From: Theionarchaea archaeon
GTDB lineage: Archaea; Methanobacteriota_B; Thermococci; Methanofastidiosales; SZ-28-30
Assembly: GCA_018992685.1 (NCBI GenBank)
Contig: JACVGT010000019.1
Span: forward strand, 89,365-153,364
Length of the DNA stretch: 64,000 nucleotides
Direction of reading: 5' to 3'
Shown here in pieces: positions 10,484 to 20,485 of this stretch. Under the pieces are notes generated by a model, which did not search any database, was not told the DNA's origin, and saw only the letters and a program-made list of their open reading frames with translations. The translations under genes and the position numbers were made by a program. The number at the start of each line of letters is the position of its first letter. Position 1 is the first letter of the stretch.

Positions 10484-11420
10484 ATGAAATCAATCGAAGA
10501 CGCTGTCAGATTCAGGTATTTGAATATACGCACTGACAGGTCACGAGCTATCCTGAAGATACAACACGTACTCATAGGCGCCCTGAGAGAGTTCCTCACA
10601 GAACATGGATTCTGCCAGATTCTGGCACCTGTGGTGGGTCCAGTTACTGATCCGGGTATCAGAGGGGCTGGCATCGTTCACTTTGATTTTTATGGAACGT
10701 CCTACGCCATTATGAGCAGTATGATTCTGTACAAGCAAATGGCTTTGGGCGCTTTTGAGAGCATTTTTTCTCTGTCACCCAATGTGCGGCTTGAGGAAGC
10801 ATCCACCATTGACACCGGAAGGCATCTGGCTGAATTCTACCAGCTTGACCTTGAGTCTGCCAGGAAGAGTTGCCAGGAGATGATGGACCTGGGAGAAGGA
10901 ATGATATGTCACTCTATGGACGCAATACGAGAATGCTCGGAGGAACTGGATACCCTGGGCAGACATCTTCCTTCTTTACACCCCCCCCTTCAAGAGGATA
11001 GCCCATAGAACACTTGAAGAACAGCTGTCCATACACGGTGAAATACCGTTTGAGAAAGAATATGATCTTTCCAGGGCTTCTTCAGAACCATTTTGGATCT
11101 ATGATTATCCTGTGGGGTCTCGAGGGTTTTACTACCTGGAAAAAGATGGGGTTCTCAAGTCCATGGATTTGATCATGCCTGAAGGGTTTGGAGAAGTCAT
11201 CTCCGGGGGAGAACGAGAGGTTAGATATGAGGAAGTGAGAAGGCTCCTCACGAAAGAGGGAATTGCTGATGAGTACTCCTGGTATCTGGATATGTTGAAG
11301 GCAGGTGTCCCGCCTTCAGCAGGATTTGGGTTGGGCATTGAACGGTTTACACGCTATGTGTGCGGGCTGGACCACATCTGGGAGAGTTCCCCCTTCCCAA
11401 AAGTTCCCGGTATTCCATAA
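10484..11420 (+). pseudogene. Archaeal asparagine synthetase A (AsnRS-like, no anticodon-binding domain), split by a +1 frameshift in a C8 run
   Basis: N-part TDPG, SMILYKQ, SPNVRLE, RHLAEFYQLDLE; C-part FGEVISGGERE, SAGFGLGIERF. Removing one C at 10981-10988 gives continuous LHPPFKRI...PFWIYDYPVGSRGFYY. Confidence 0.88.
10981..10988 (+). repeat. C8 homopolymer at the frameshift site
   Basis: ttaca-cccccccc-ttcaag seen directly. Confidence 0.9.
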
Positions 11421-11537
11421 TGGTGATGGATACGTGGTGACTCAGGGTTCCAGGAGCACAGGCAGGGGAATCTGCACTTTAATCTCCTGTAATTCGTGGA
11501 TAGAGAAGAGAGGAGTCTGTCCTCCTCCACCACATTC

Positions 11538-12629
11538 TCAGAATTCTCGAGCAACAGGCCTGTGGGCATTCCATAGTTGAGCCGGATTGAGACAGGTGAA
11601 TTCCTTTGAAAGGCAGGGAGCTATCAGTGACATAACATTCCCTCCACCACTGATCCATTTTTCCCACGCCTGTTTGGCGCGGCCGTCGGAAGCGTACAAT
11701 CCCATGCTCTTGAACGGTTCCAGACTCTCCTGGTCGTACAGGAAACTCCATATCGCCAATTCCATTTCAAGGTCCTGAGTTAGCTTGAAAAACCTTTCAA
11801 CAAATTCGGCTTGTTCTGATTCGCTGCTCTCCCAACCTGGAGGACTGGAATCTGTGTGCTAGCCAATCTCAACAAATGCGATGGGGTTTTGTGTGTGCTG
11901 TTGAATGTCTGTGTAGTAGTCTGCGGGGATTTTTGAAGGCGTCTCATATATCAATCCCGGATAGGTGGTGAAGGCTGCAATGTCTGAAGCGAATCTATCA
12001 AGGAGGAACCAGTGAGCAGTCTCTGGATCATTTGCACCGCCATATAATCCGCCGTTCAGTCCTTTCATTTTTTCCAGTTGAAAGACAGTGAAGACCACAG
12101 TGCTTGGTGACACTTCTTTCACTGCATCATACACCTCACGGTAGAGCGTGACGAATTTCTCAAAGTCAGCAGGGGACTTTTGATAGAGAACATTCACCTC
12201 AATGCCGAAGCCGAGATATTCGGGGCTATGTGTTCGGGCAAAGGTGACTGCACTGGTCACGTAAGTCTGGGTTGTCGCTTCATTCAGGGGGCGTGCTACC
12301 CTTCCAGTAGACTGTGTGAAAAATTGAGTTAATACGAGGGGAGTATAGTGGTAGGTTGAAGCCAAGTCTGTTATGACGGCTGGACCGCCCCTGTCTGTCT
12401 CAAGCTCAATCCAATCTCCAGTCCAGGATATGATTTCTCCTGCCAGGACCGCTTTCTCAAAGAACTCTGTGAAATCATCAGCCCGGAAGCTCTTTGGAGA
12501 AAGACTGACACCTTTCAGTGGAATGGATTCCCTTCTGGTTTCTGCCAGATGACTGTCTTCCTGCCCAATGCAGGTAGTCAGTAGGGCCACAATGACAAGG
12601 ATGATCATTATTCCTGCTGGGTTCTTCAT
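11538..12629 (-). pseudogene. Lipoprotein with clan GH-A-like glycoside hydrolase TIM barrel, interrupted by one in-frame TAG
   Basis: Lipobox-like LLTTC; GIEVN and FVEIG glutamate motifs; TAG at 11859-11861, then the frame continues ..SESEQAEFVERFF..WSFLYD..SMGL...GRAKQAWEKW. Confidence 0.75.
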
Positions 12630-12815
12630 GGCATCGTCTTGTTCTCACCAGTTAAGTGGTTTACCCTTGCAGGGCCAGGAGACCCAGAAGCTGAACCCAG
12701 AGATTCCAGTCCTCCCGGTGTTGCCTTCTTGTGCTGTAGCGACGGCATTCATTTCCGTGCCGGCCCCACCCTTGTGAACAAAAACCCTTTTGTAGGTCGA
12801 GGTCTGAGATAGCTC

Positions 12816-13340
12816 ATGAGGATCGCCATTACAGGGACCCCGGGTGTGGGAAAGACTTCTGTAGCAAGAGAAATATCTGAAGCATTGGGACTAACCCTTA
12901 TCGACATATCTGCAGTGGCTGAGAAAAGTGGGGCAGTAGTGGGAAAAGAAGAAGACAGTCTGGTGGTGGATGTAGAGACCGTGAAGAAATCTCTTGAATC
13001 GGTGGATAATATCGTTATCGATTCACATTTCGCAGAAATGTTCGATGTGGATTTCGTGTTTGTGCTGCGCTGTGAACCCTCGACTCTCTGTGAGAGATTG
13101 AAAGCGAGAGGATATTCACAGGAAAAGATACGGGAGAACGTTTTGGCCGAGATACTGGACTATTCTCTGCAAAATGCTCTCACATTTCACCAACCAGAGA
13201 AGATCTTTGAAATTCTTGAGAATCCTGTCCGAGAAATAGTGAGTGTCATTAACAATCCAGATACCAAGAGAAGCGCAGCCTGTGGGAGTAAAACCCAGTT
13301 CCTCACTGAAGAGAATTTAGCCTTGGTGAGAGAATGCTAA
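12816..13340 (+). CDS. Archaeal adenylate kinase (AK6/Fap7 family)
   Basis: IAITGTPGVGKT, IDSH, RLKARGYS.EKIRENV.AE. Confidence 0.92.
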   Translation: MRIAITGTPGVGKTSVAREISEALGLTLIDISAVAEKSGAVVGKEEDSLVVDVETVKKSLESVDNIVIDSHFAEMFDVDFVFVLRCEPSTLCERLKARGYSQEKIRENVLAEILDYSLQNALTFHQPEKIFEILENPVREIVSVINNPDTKRSAACGSKTQFLTEENLALVREC

Positions 13341-13431
13341 CCTGTCTGCTGGAGGCAGGTTCATATGATGTGATGAAGACAGGATACTCACACCATGAAC
13401 CTTTTTTAGCAATGGGAACGTAGGGTTCACA

Positions 13432-14265
13432 ATGATCATTCGGGAGTTTGATCCCTGGAAGTCACGCCTGTGTACCTGTCCACCCAAATACTCTCTGAAT
13501 CCCTACACAGGATGTGATCATCGATGTGTGTACTGTTATATTACGGGGTACATTACGAATGCTTTCCACTGCAGGCCAAAATCTGATCTGTTGACCAGTT
13601 TGAAAAGGGAATTGAAGAAGATCGACAGCCATAAAATCATCTCTATGGCAAACAGTTCAGATCCCTACCCTCAGCTGGAGAGGAAGATGGAATTGACCAG
13701 GAAGGTGGTTCTCCTGTTTGCCAGGGAGAACTTCATGTTCCACATTGTCACCAAGTCTGATCTCGTAACCCGGGACATTGATGTGTTGAAAGATGCAGCC
13801 TGCGCTGTTGCAATCACGATTACCACCATGGACGAGGTCCTTGCCAGGAGGCTGGAACCAGGGGCGCCTCCTCCTGAAAAGAGAGTTGAAGCACTGAGAC
13901 GACTGAAAGAGAGCGGAATTCCAGTCTCTGTGAGAATTGATCCCATTATCCCTGGGGTTACAGCCCCTGAAGAAGTGCTTCAACAGGTCCCCTTTGTCGA
14001 CCATGTGACAGCTTCCACACTGAAACTGCGACCTGATGCAATCAGGAGAATGATGGCAGCAGTTCCAGAGGTAATGGCAACTCTGAAACCCCTCTATACC
14101 GAAAGGATTGGAAATGCCCTGTACTTACCTGAAAGAGTCCGGTTTCATACGTTGAACTCACTTGAAAAAGCGTGCAGAGAGAACAACGTGTCATTTGGCA
14201 CCTGCAGAGAAGGGTTGAACAGTGGAAGTAGCTGTGATGGGAGTCATCTTATACGTGACAGGTGA
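13432..14265 (+). CDS. Radical SAM protein (spore photoproduct lyase-like family)
   Basis: NPYTGCDHRCVYCY (CxxxCxxC), SSDPY, TKS, RIDPIIPG. Confidence 0.9.
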   Translation: MIIREFDPWKSRLCTCPPKYSLNPYTGCDHRCVYCYITGYITNAFHCRPKSDLLTSLKRELKKIDSHKIISMANSSDPYPQLERKMELTRKVVLLFARENFMFHIVTKSDLVTRDIDVLKDAACAVAITITTMDEVLARRLEPGAPPPEKRVEALRRLKESGIPVSVRIDPIIPGVTAPEEVLQQVPFVDHVTASTLKLRPDAIRRMMAAVPEVMATLKPLYTERIGNALYLPERVRFHTLNSLEKACRENNVSFGTCREGLNSGSSCDGSHLIRDR

Positions 14266-14291
14266 GAGAGTTCCCACCGGGTGTAGTGCAA

Positions 14292-14804
14292 TCAGATAGG
14301 CTGAGAAGCCTCAATAGCCTCTCGGGCAAATTGGTCCTTCTTGCATGATATACAGTAAGATTCAATGTTGTTCCTGTCCTTATCAAGGAGTCCGACCTTT
14401 TCTATCTTCTTTCTGATCTCTTCCATGTGTCTCCTGGTAGTAATCACTTTCCCACATCCCTGACACAGGATAAGGTCATGTTCAATCTCATCATAGGACT
14501 CTGCCCTGTTTAAGGTGGCCATTTCAAACTTCTGGGTAAGGTTGATCCCCTCCCAGGGGCAGATATCCTGGCAGCTCCGGCAAAAAATGCACAACCCATG
14601 GTCGATTCTCATGGTCCTGGTCTTTTTCTCATCTACAATGGTGATGGCCTTTGGGGGGCACACCGCAGCGCAGGCGCCGCACCCAACGCACTCATCGGTG
14701 AACTCTGTCCTCCCTCTGAATCCTTCAGGGGCTGGAGAAGGCTCAAACGGATATTTTACTGTAAAAGGTTTCTTAAACAAGGAAAATAGTGCTTCAAGTT
14801 CCAT
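14292..14804 (-). CDS. mbhN: Membrane-bound hydrogenase 2x[4Fe-4S] subunit (MbhN/NuoI-like) with extra C-terminal CxxC pairs
   Basis: TVKYPF, GFRG, CVGCGACAAVCP, CIFCRSCQDICP. Confidence 0.88.
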   Translation of the reverse strand: MELEALFSLFKKPFTVKYPFEPSPAPEGFRGRTEFTDECVGCGACAAVCPPKAITIVDEKKTRTMRIDHGLCIFCRSCQDICPWEGINLTQKFEMATLNRAESYDEIEHDLILCQGCGKVITTRRHMEEIRKKIEKVGLLDKDRNNIESYCISCKKDQFAREAIEASQPI

Positions 14805-15688
14805 TAAATCACCACCCTTACGAGATCAATGACTGCCAGAACCGCCATGTATTTCCAGAAGAAAACAAAACTCTGTTCTGTCTTCACCCTGGCTGAAATG
14901 ACCTTGATAAAAATGAACAGGAGCCACAACAGCCCACCAGTAATCAAGAACATCCACCAGTTCTGCCAGAAGAACAGGATAACTACCAGAGAGATCACCG
15001 TAAACACTTTGACCTGGTTGGAAAGGGTGAAAATTGCCAACCTGTACCCGGAGTACTCCACCAGAGGTCCTCCCAGAATTTCCTGTTCGGCTTCTGGTAT
15101 GTCGAAGGGTTGCAACCCGATCTTGGCGGGTACAATGCTCAAGAAGGCAATGCAGGCAAAGGGAAGCTGGTAGAACAACATGCCGTGAACTTCCTGGGCC
15201 TCAGCTATTCCTGTCAAGGAAAAACTGCCTGCCCTCACTGCCACCGCCACAATGGAAATTGCCAGGGGCAGTTCATAGGCAAAGAGCTGGGTTACTTCTC
15301 TCGATCCTCCCACAGCGCCAAAGGGGCTGGCTGAAGAAAATCCTCCAACTGCCAGCATGATTGACGACATGTTCAGCACATAAATGACCACAATCACATC
15401 GCCAGCAAAGGACAGTCCCCACACCGGGAACAGCATGGGCACCACCAGGATAGAAGCCAGAGCAATGATGGGAGCCCAGGTGAACAGAGCGCCCGCTTTC
15501 TCAGGCCTAACACTGTCTTTGGACAGTAACTTCACGAAATCATAGAAGGGCTGCAAAAATGGTGGGCCACGTCTGTTCTGCATGCGTGCTCTCACCTTTC
15601 GGTACATCCCTGCATACAGGAACGTCATCACCGAGGTGAATAACAGCCCCGGAATGATGAAAATCGAAATCAATGGATTGAGACTCAT
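14804..15688 (-). CDS. mbhM: Membrane-bound hydrogenase NuoH-like membrane subunit
   Basis: RKVRARMQNRRGPP..QPFYD..KLLSK, PFDIPEAEQEILGGPLVEYSG; start at MSLNP after an AGGTGA RBS. Confidence 0.92.
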   Translation of the reverse strand: MSLNPLISIFIIPGLLFTSVMTFLYAGMYRKVRARMQNRRGPPFLQPFYDFVKLLSKDSVRPEKAGALFTWAPIIALASILVVPMLFPVWGLSFAGDVIVVIYVLNMSSIMLAVGGFSSASPFGAVGGSREVTQLFAYELPLAISIVAVAVRAGSFSLTGIAEAQEVHGMLFYQLPFACIAFLSIVPAKIGLQPFDIPEAEQEILGGPLVEYSGYRLAIFTLSNQVKVFTVISLVVILFFWQNWWMFLITGGLLWLLFIFIKVISARVKTEQSFVFFWKYMAVLAVIDLVRVVI

Positions 15689-15692
15689 GATA

Positions 15693-16778
15693 TCACCTAT
15701 CCGTACAGCAGAAACACGGGTCAATGCTTGCCAGCGTAATAGGAACGTCACCCAGGGTGTCCCCCTCCAGCATCACCGGGACTGCCTGTACATTGGCATA
15801 TGTGGGGGCACGTATTTTCACCCGCTCAGGATAAAAGGTGCCGTTGGACCTGACATAGTGGAACACTTCTCCGCGAGGAGCTTCGTATCTTCCAACTCCT
15901 TCGCCAGGTGGGATTTCTTTCACTGGAACTGCTATTTCCTTTCCCTTCAACCCCTTGAGAGCTGCTACTGCCTGTCTGATGATTTTCACTGATTCGAAAA
16001 CCTCAAGGAGCCTGACTTTTGCCCTGGCCATATTATCTTCTTCATCCAGGACGATTTTCTCGAAGTCCACTCTATCATATGCAAGGTGTGGATCATCCTT
16101 CCTCACATCAACAGCATAGCCTGACGCTCGGGCCAGAGGACCTACTGTACACAGCCTCCGTGCATCGTCTCTGGGCAGTGTCCCAGTTCCTACCAGTCGT
16201 GCTCTGATGGTCCTGTTTCTCAGGAAAGAATCAATGTAGTGTTCTGTCCTGCGCTCCACAACCTCGAGAGCGGTCAGCAGACCCGGGATCTGCTTTTCAG
16301 TGATGTCCTTCCTGCATCCTCCAACAGTATTCCATGCGTAATGGTTCCTGTTACCCGTTATTGTTTCAAGCTGATCCAGAACGAATTCTCTGTCTCTCCA
16401 CGTGTACATGAACAGTGTTTCAATCCCTATTATTTCAGCAGCTATTCCCGCCCACAACAAGTGGGAGTGAATCCTTTCCAGCTCAGCAATGATCATCCTC
16501 GAGTATTCAGCTCTTTCAGGCAGTGTGACACCAGCAATGTCCTCTACTGCCTGTGTGAATGCCAGAGGATGGGACATGGAACAGATGCCGCAGATTCGTT
16601 CCACCAGTAGTATGTCCTGTTCATAGGTTTTTCTTTCTGCAAGCTTCTCTACGCCTCTGTGGTTGTATCCCATGGTAATATCTACGTTGATGACTTTTTC
16701 TCCTTCTGCATACACTTTCAAGCGCTCAGGTTCTGCCAGAGCCAGGTGCTGGGGTCCAAATTGTACAACGACATCCAT
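15693..16778 (-). CDS. mbhL: Group 4 [NiFe] hydrogenase large subunit
   Basis: L1 ERICGICSMSH, EAPRGE, L2 DPCFCCTDR; all four Ni/Fe cysteines present. Confidence 0.95.
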   Translation of the reverse strand: MDVVVQFGPQHLALAEPERLKVYAEGEKVINVDITMGYNHRGVEKLAERKTYEQDILLVERICGICSMSHPLAFTQAVEDIAGVTLPERAEYSRMIIAELERIHSHLLWAGIAAEIIGIETLFMYTWRDREFVLDQLETITGNRNHYAWNTVGGCRKDITEKQIPGLLTALEVVERRTEHYIDSFLRNRTIRARLVGTGTLPRDDARRLCTVGPLARASGYAVDVRKDDPHLAYDRVDFEKIVLDEEDNMARAKVRLLEVFESVKIIRQAVAALKGLKGKEIAVPVKEIPPGEGVGRYEAPRGEVFHYVRSNGTFYPERVKIRAPTYANVQAVPVMLEGDTLGDVPITLASIDPCFCCTDR

Positions 16779-16779
16779 T

Positions 16780-17199
16780 TCAATACCTCCTCAAAGGATA
16801 TTCTGTATAGTCATCAGGAAGGAACAGGTGCCGGGGATCGGGGTGATTGACCACAATGATACCCATCATTTCCATGGCTTCCCTCTCGTACCAGGCTGCA
16901 GATGGGTAGAAATCAGATATGGTCTCAATCCTGGGATTTCCCCGTGGAGCAGACGTCTTCAGGCTCACCTGCAGGGGGGTAATCTCGAAGTGATAGACCA
17001 GTTCCAGCTCTTCGCCCAGGTCCACAGAAGAGATCACTGAGAGGTGGCCTCCCATATCCTGAAAGAGCTTGACTGCCTGTCTGTGGGATCCATTCTGCAC
17101 CTTGATAAATACTCTGTTTCTCCGCGTCGGGGTAACCTCCAGCACATTCTCCCTGAGATGAGTTCTCAACATTTCTTTCAACTCCGGAACAGTGACCAT
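16780..17199 (-). CDS. mbhK: Hydrogenase NuoC-like subunit
   Basis: LVYHF, AAWYEREAMEMMGI, HPDPRHLFLPDD..YPLRR. Confidence 0.92.
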   Translation of the reverse strand: MVTVPELKEMLRTHLRENVLEVTPTRRNRVFIKVQNGSHRQAVKLFQDMGGHLSVISSVDLGEELELVYHFEITPLQVSLKTSAPRGNPRIETISDFYPSAAWYEREAMEMMGIIVVNHPDPRHLFLPDDYTEYPLRRY

Positions 17200-17628
17200 T
17201 TACTCACCCCACAGAGCATTCAGTGCCGTGACAACCCCGTGCAGAATGGCCTGAGGCCTCGGTGGACATCCCGGAATGTATGCAGCCACCGGAATTACCT
17301 TGTCCGCAGGGCCATATGATGCATAGGTCTCATTGAAGATGCCTTTGGTGATGGCACAGGAACCAATGGCTACTGCAGCCTTTGGGTCCATGGTTTGCTC
17401 ATATAATCGTTTCAGTACATCCCTTGTCTTTAGTGTAATAATTCCAGTCACTACGATGATATCTGCATGACGAGGATTTGGCTTTAAGACTCCTCCAAAC
17501 CGTTCCACATCAAACCGGGGGGCAAGAGCGGCCAGAACTTCGATATCGCAGTTATTGCATGACCCGCAGCTCACGTGAAGCAGCCAGGGGGATTTCTTCC
17601 TGCAGTAATTCACCATTTTATCCAGCAT
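17200..17628 (-). CDS. mbhJ: Group 4 hydrogenase small subunit (NuoB-like)
   Basis: GSCNNCDIE, PRHAD, GSCA, IPGCPPRP. Confidence 0.95.
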   Translation of the reverse strand: MLDKMVNYCRKKSPWLLHVSCGSCNNCDIEVLAALAPRFDVERFGGVLKPNPRHADIIVVTGIITLKTRDVLKRLYEQTMDPKAAVAIGSCAITKGIFNETYASYGPADKVIPVAAYIPGCPPRPQAILHGVVTALNALWGE

Positions 17629-19445
17629 TAAACCACCCTCCACAAATACACGATCACCACAACAAGAGTGAATACTACCCAGAACACGTAGTTCTGCAGC
17701 AGTCCGCTGTGTTCAGATTTCAGGTACCGGTAGAATCGGCCAAGCGGAGCCATGATACCATAGTACAGGTTTGAACCACCTATATTGACATAGTAGTCTT
17801 CTTCCCCACAGATATATACGTCGTCTCTGGCATCAGGCTTCTTGTCTGATTTGTCTGATTCTGGCGCCAACGCTTTCCCTGTCCTTAGGGTCAAGAACAC
17901 AAAGGCCATGAGAAACAGCAGTACCAGCGAGATCATGACAGGACTCCAGTACGCATATTCAAGGTTCAACCCCAGGTTGTAGGCACCCACGTCCACCGGG
18001 ACACCCAGGAGGGAAGAGGACGCTTTCCCTACCAGCGTCAGAGGCAGCCTGGGGTAGACGCCAAATATGATGCATGTTACCGCAAGGATACCCATGGGGA
18101 CCTTCATCAGGAAGGGAACATCTTTCACCTCTCTGAATTCCTCTTTGAGCTGGCCCAGGAATGCAGAGTCCAGAGCCTTCAAGAACGAGCTCAAGGTGCC
18201 AACACTGGCCAGGATCAGGACTACGGTGAAAAAGTAGTACTCCTTCTGGTAGGTACCCACGTAAAGCATCCACTTGCTGACGAACCCATTGAAGGGAGGG
18301 ACTCCTGAAATTGCCAGCGCCCCTATGAAAAAGCAGAACGTGGTAAAAGGCATCTTCTTGGAAAGTCCACCCATCCTGTCAAGGTCCCACGTGCCAATCC
18401 GGTAGAAAACAGCCCCTGCACACAGGAAGAGGAGCCCTTTGTATACGGCATTGTTCATGAGATGGAACAGCCCTCCTGAGACTCCCAGAGGTGTCGCCAG
18501 TCCGATACCTGCTATAATATAGCCGAGCTGGGAGACAGCGTGATAGGACAGCAGCCGTTTGAAGTCGTGCTGCACCAGAGCCATCATGACACCCACGAAG
18601 GCTGTAATCACGCCGAAGGTTGCAATCATAGGGCTCGTGGCATCCATGGCATCAAACACCACGTACAGGACACGGGCAAGAAGATAGACACCAGCCACCT
18701 TGAAGGTACCTGCCAGGAGCATGCCCGTGGGAGTGGGAGCTGCAGGGTAACTGTCAGCAGCCCAGAAATGGAGCGGTACAATCCCTGCCTTGAATCCGAA
18801 TCCCACAACAAAGAATGCCAGAGCAACAATGTCCACAGATGACATGACGATCTTTGACGTGAGGTCCACCATGTTCAGAGTCTGGTACTGGGCATACAGC
18901 AGTGCCACTCCAAACAGGATAAACGTGGATACGACACCACCCAACGTCAACAACTTGAAAGCAGCTTCCGCTGAATCCCATTTTCTGTGATATGACACCA
19001 GAGCATAGGTGGAAACTGACATGATCTCAAAGAAGACGTACAGGTTAAACATGTCCCCTGTGAGGACGACACCTGAAATTCCTGCAATCTGGAGACAGAA
19101 CAGCGTGTAAAACTTTCCTCTGCGGGGATCTTTCCTCATATAGGGGACAGCATACAGTGCAGAGAAAGAAGCCATTCCTGCTGCCACGCACGCTGCAAAG
19201 AGGGATAGTGCGTCAACATACAAGGTAATACCATAGGGGGGGCTCCTGTTACCCAGTGCATAGACAATCACATCACCAGAGAGAACCTGCGATATCATGG
19301 TCAGTCCGCATACCAGGCTCCCTACAAACGCCAGGAAGGGAATGTAATCCCGCAGCCGGCCTGACCCCAGTCCTACAAGGGGAGTTATGAACGCTGCAGA
19401 CAGAGGCAGCAAAACCATGAAAATGGGTGCATGTTCAGTAATCAT
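17628..19445 (-). CDS. mbhH: MrpD-like antiporter subunit MbhH, apparently fused to an MbhI-like C-terminal domain
   Basis: GDMFNLYVFFEIMS, KAGIVPLHFW, KRLLSYH, GVPPFNGFVSKW; extension contains YICGEE and HSGLLQNYVFW. Confidence 0.9.
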   Translation of the reverse strand: MITEHAPIFMVLLPLSAAFITPLVGLGSGRLRDYIPFLAFVGSLVCGLTMISQVLSGDVIVYALGNRSPPYGITLYVDALSLFAACVAAGMASFSALYAVPYMRKDPRRGKFYTLFCLQIAGISGVVLTGDMFNLYVFFEIMSVSTYALVSYHRKWDSAEAAFKLLTLGGVVSTFILFGVALLYAQYQTLNMVDLTSKIVMSSVDIVALAFFVVGFGFKAGIVPLHFWAADSYPAAPTPTGMLLAGTFKVAGVYLLARVLYVVFDAMDATSPMIATFGVITAFVGVMMALVQHDFKRLLSYHAVSQLGYIIAGIGLATPLGVSGGLFHLMNNAVYKGLLFLCAGAVFYRIGTWDLDRMGGLSKKMPFTTFCFFIGALAISGVPPFNGFVSKWMLYVGTYQKEYYFFTVVLILASVGTLSSFLKALDSAFLGQLKEEFREVKDVPFLMKVPMGILAVTCIIFGVYPRLPLTLVGKASSSLLGVPVDVGAYNLGLNLEYAYWSPVMISLVLLFLMAFVFLTLRTGKALAPESDKSDKKPDARDDVYICGEEDYYVNIGGSNLYYGIMAPLGRFYRYLKSEHSGLLQNYVFWVVFTLVVVIVYLWRVV

Positions 19446-19792
19446 TCTTTCAACCCCCTGATTTCTGTAATGTCCAGGGTGCCATAATGTCGGTAGAGGA
19501 CAATAGCTATACTCAAGGCAAGAGCAGTGACACTGAGCCCGATGACAATGCTGGTCAGCACCAGTGCCTGGGGCAAGGGATCTACCATGACAGCAGTTTC
19601 AGAGGTTACGTCAGGCAGGACCACAATGGGAGGTGACCCGCCCTGAACGTACCCTGTGGCAATAAGGAAATATTGAACCGCATAGTCCATCAGACTGAGT
19701 CCCACCACGATTTTGATGAGATTCTTCTTTACCATGACAGCATACAATCCAATGACAAATACAATAGTGCAGACGATATAGTCGATATTCAT
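19442..19792 (-). CDS. mbhG: MrpC-like subunit
   Basis: NLIKIVVGL, DPLPQALVLTSIVIG, YRHYGTLD. Confidence 0.92.
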   Translation of the reverse strand: MNIDYIVCTIVFVIGLYAVMVKKNLIKIVVGLSLMDYAVQYFLIATGYVQGGSPPIVVLPDVTSETAVMVDPLPQALVLTSIVIGLSVTALALSIAIVLYRHYGTLDITEIRGLKE

Positions 19793-20217
19793 GGGGGACT
19801 CCTCCTCATGTTGTTGAAAATGGCTGTCAGCTCTGTCCCCACTTTAACACCAATTGCAATGTAGATCGGACCCAGAATCCCTGCGCTGAGCAACGTTCCT
19901 GGTTGTCCCAGTCCAACAGCATTCCACAGGAAATTTCCTCCTTTCAGTATGCCAATACACCCGAGGCCAATGAAACACAAGGCTGCTACACTTTCGAGAG
20001 CAGTCATCACTGATTCGGGAATTCTCAGTGTGCCAAATCCCAGGTAGAGCAGGATGATGCTTGAAGCAATGATGGTACCTCCCTGAAACCCACCTCCAGG
20101 TGTCAGATGGCCATGAACAAAGATATAGACCCCATACACAAAAGCCAGGGGGAAAACCACGCGGGTTATGCTCTTCACAATGACACTGGGTTCGCGGGGG
20201 TCCTCATTCTTTTTCAT
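19789..20217 (-). CDS. mbhF: MrpB-like subunit
   Basis: HGHLTPGGGFQGG, GTLLSAG, GVKV; start placed at MKKNED. Confidence 0.9.
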   Translation of the reverse strand: MKKNEDPREPSVIVKSITRVVFPLAFVYGVYIFVHGHLTPGGGFQGGTIIASSIILLYLGFGTLRIPESVMTALESVAALCFIGLGCIGILKGGNFLWNAVGLGQPGTLLSAGILGPIYIAIGVKVGTELTAIFNNMRRSPP

Positions 20218-20485
20218 TGTCTTCCCTCCGCTTCCTCCAGAATAGTGCAGCCACTCCTGTCGTCGCAGTGAACAGGACAGTGACTTCTCCCAGCGTGTCA
20301 TATCCTCTATAGTCCAGCACAATATTCGTCACCAGGTTGGTGGCTCCGGCTTCTTCAAGTCCGTCTTCCAGGTAGTGCTCTCCGACCCCGATAGAATGGT
20401 CTCCAAACCTGTTGACACCAGTAACTGTGTAGATCAGAACTGACATCAGTAATCCCAGCAAGAGATAGCTCAGTGCACGCTTCAT
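20204..20485 (-). CDS. mbhE: MbhE-like subunit
   Basis: GATNLVTNIVLDYRGYDTLGEVTVLF. Confidence 0.9.
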   Translation of the reverse strand: MKRALSYLLLGLLMSVLIYTVTGVNRFGDHSIGVGEHYLEDGLEEAGATNLVTNIVLDYRGYDTLGEVTVLFTATTGVAALFWRKRREDNEKE

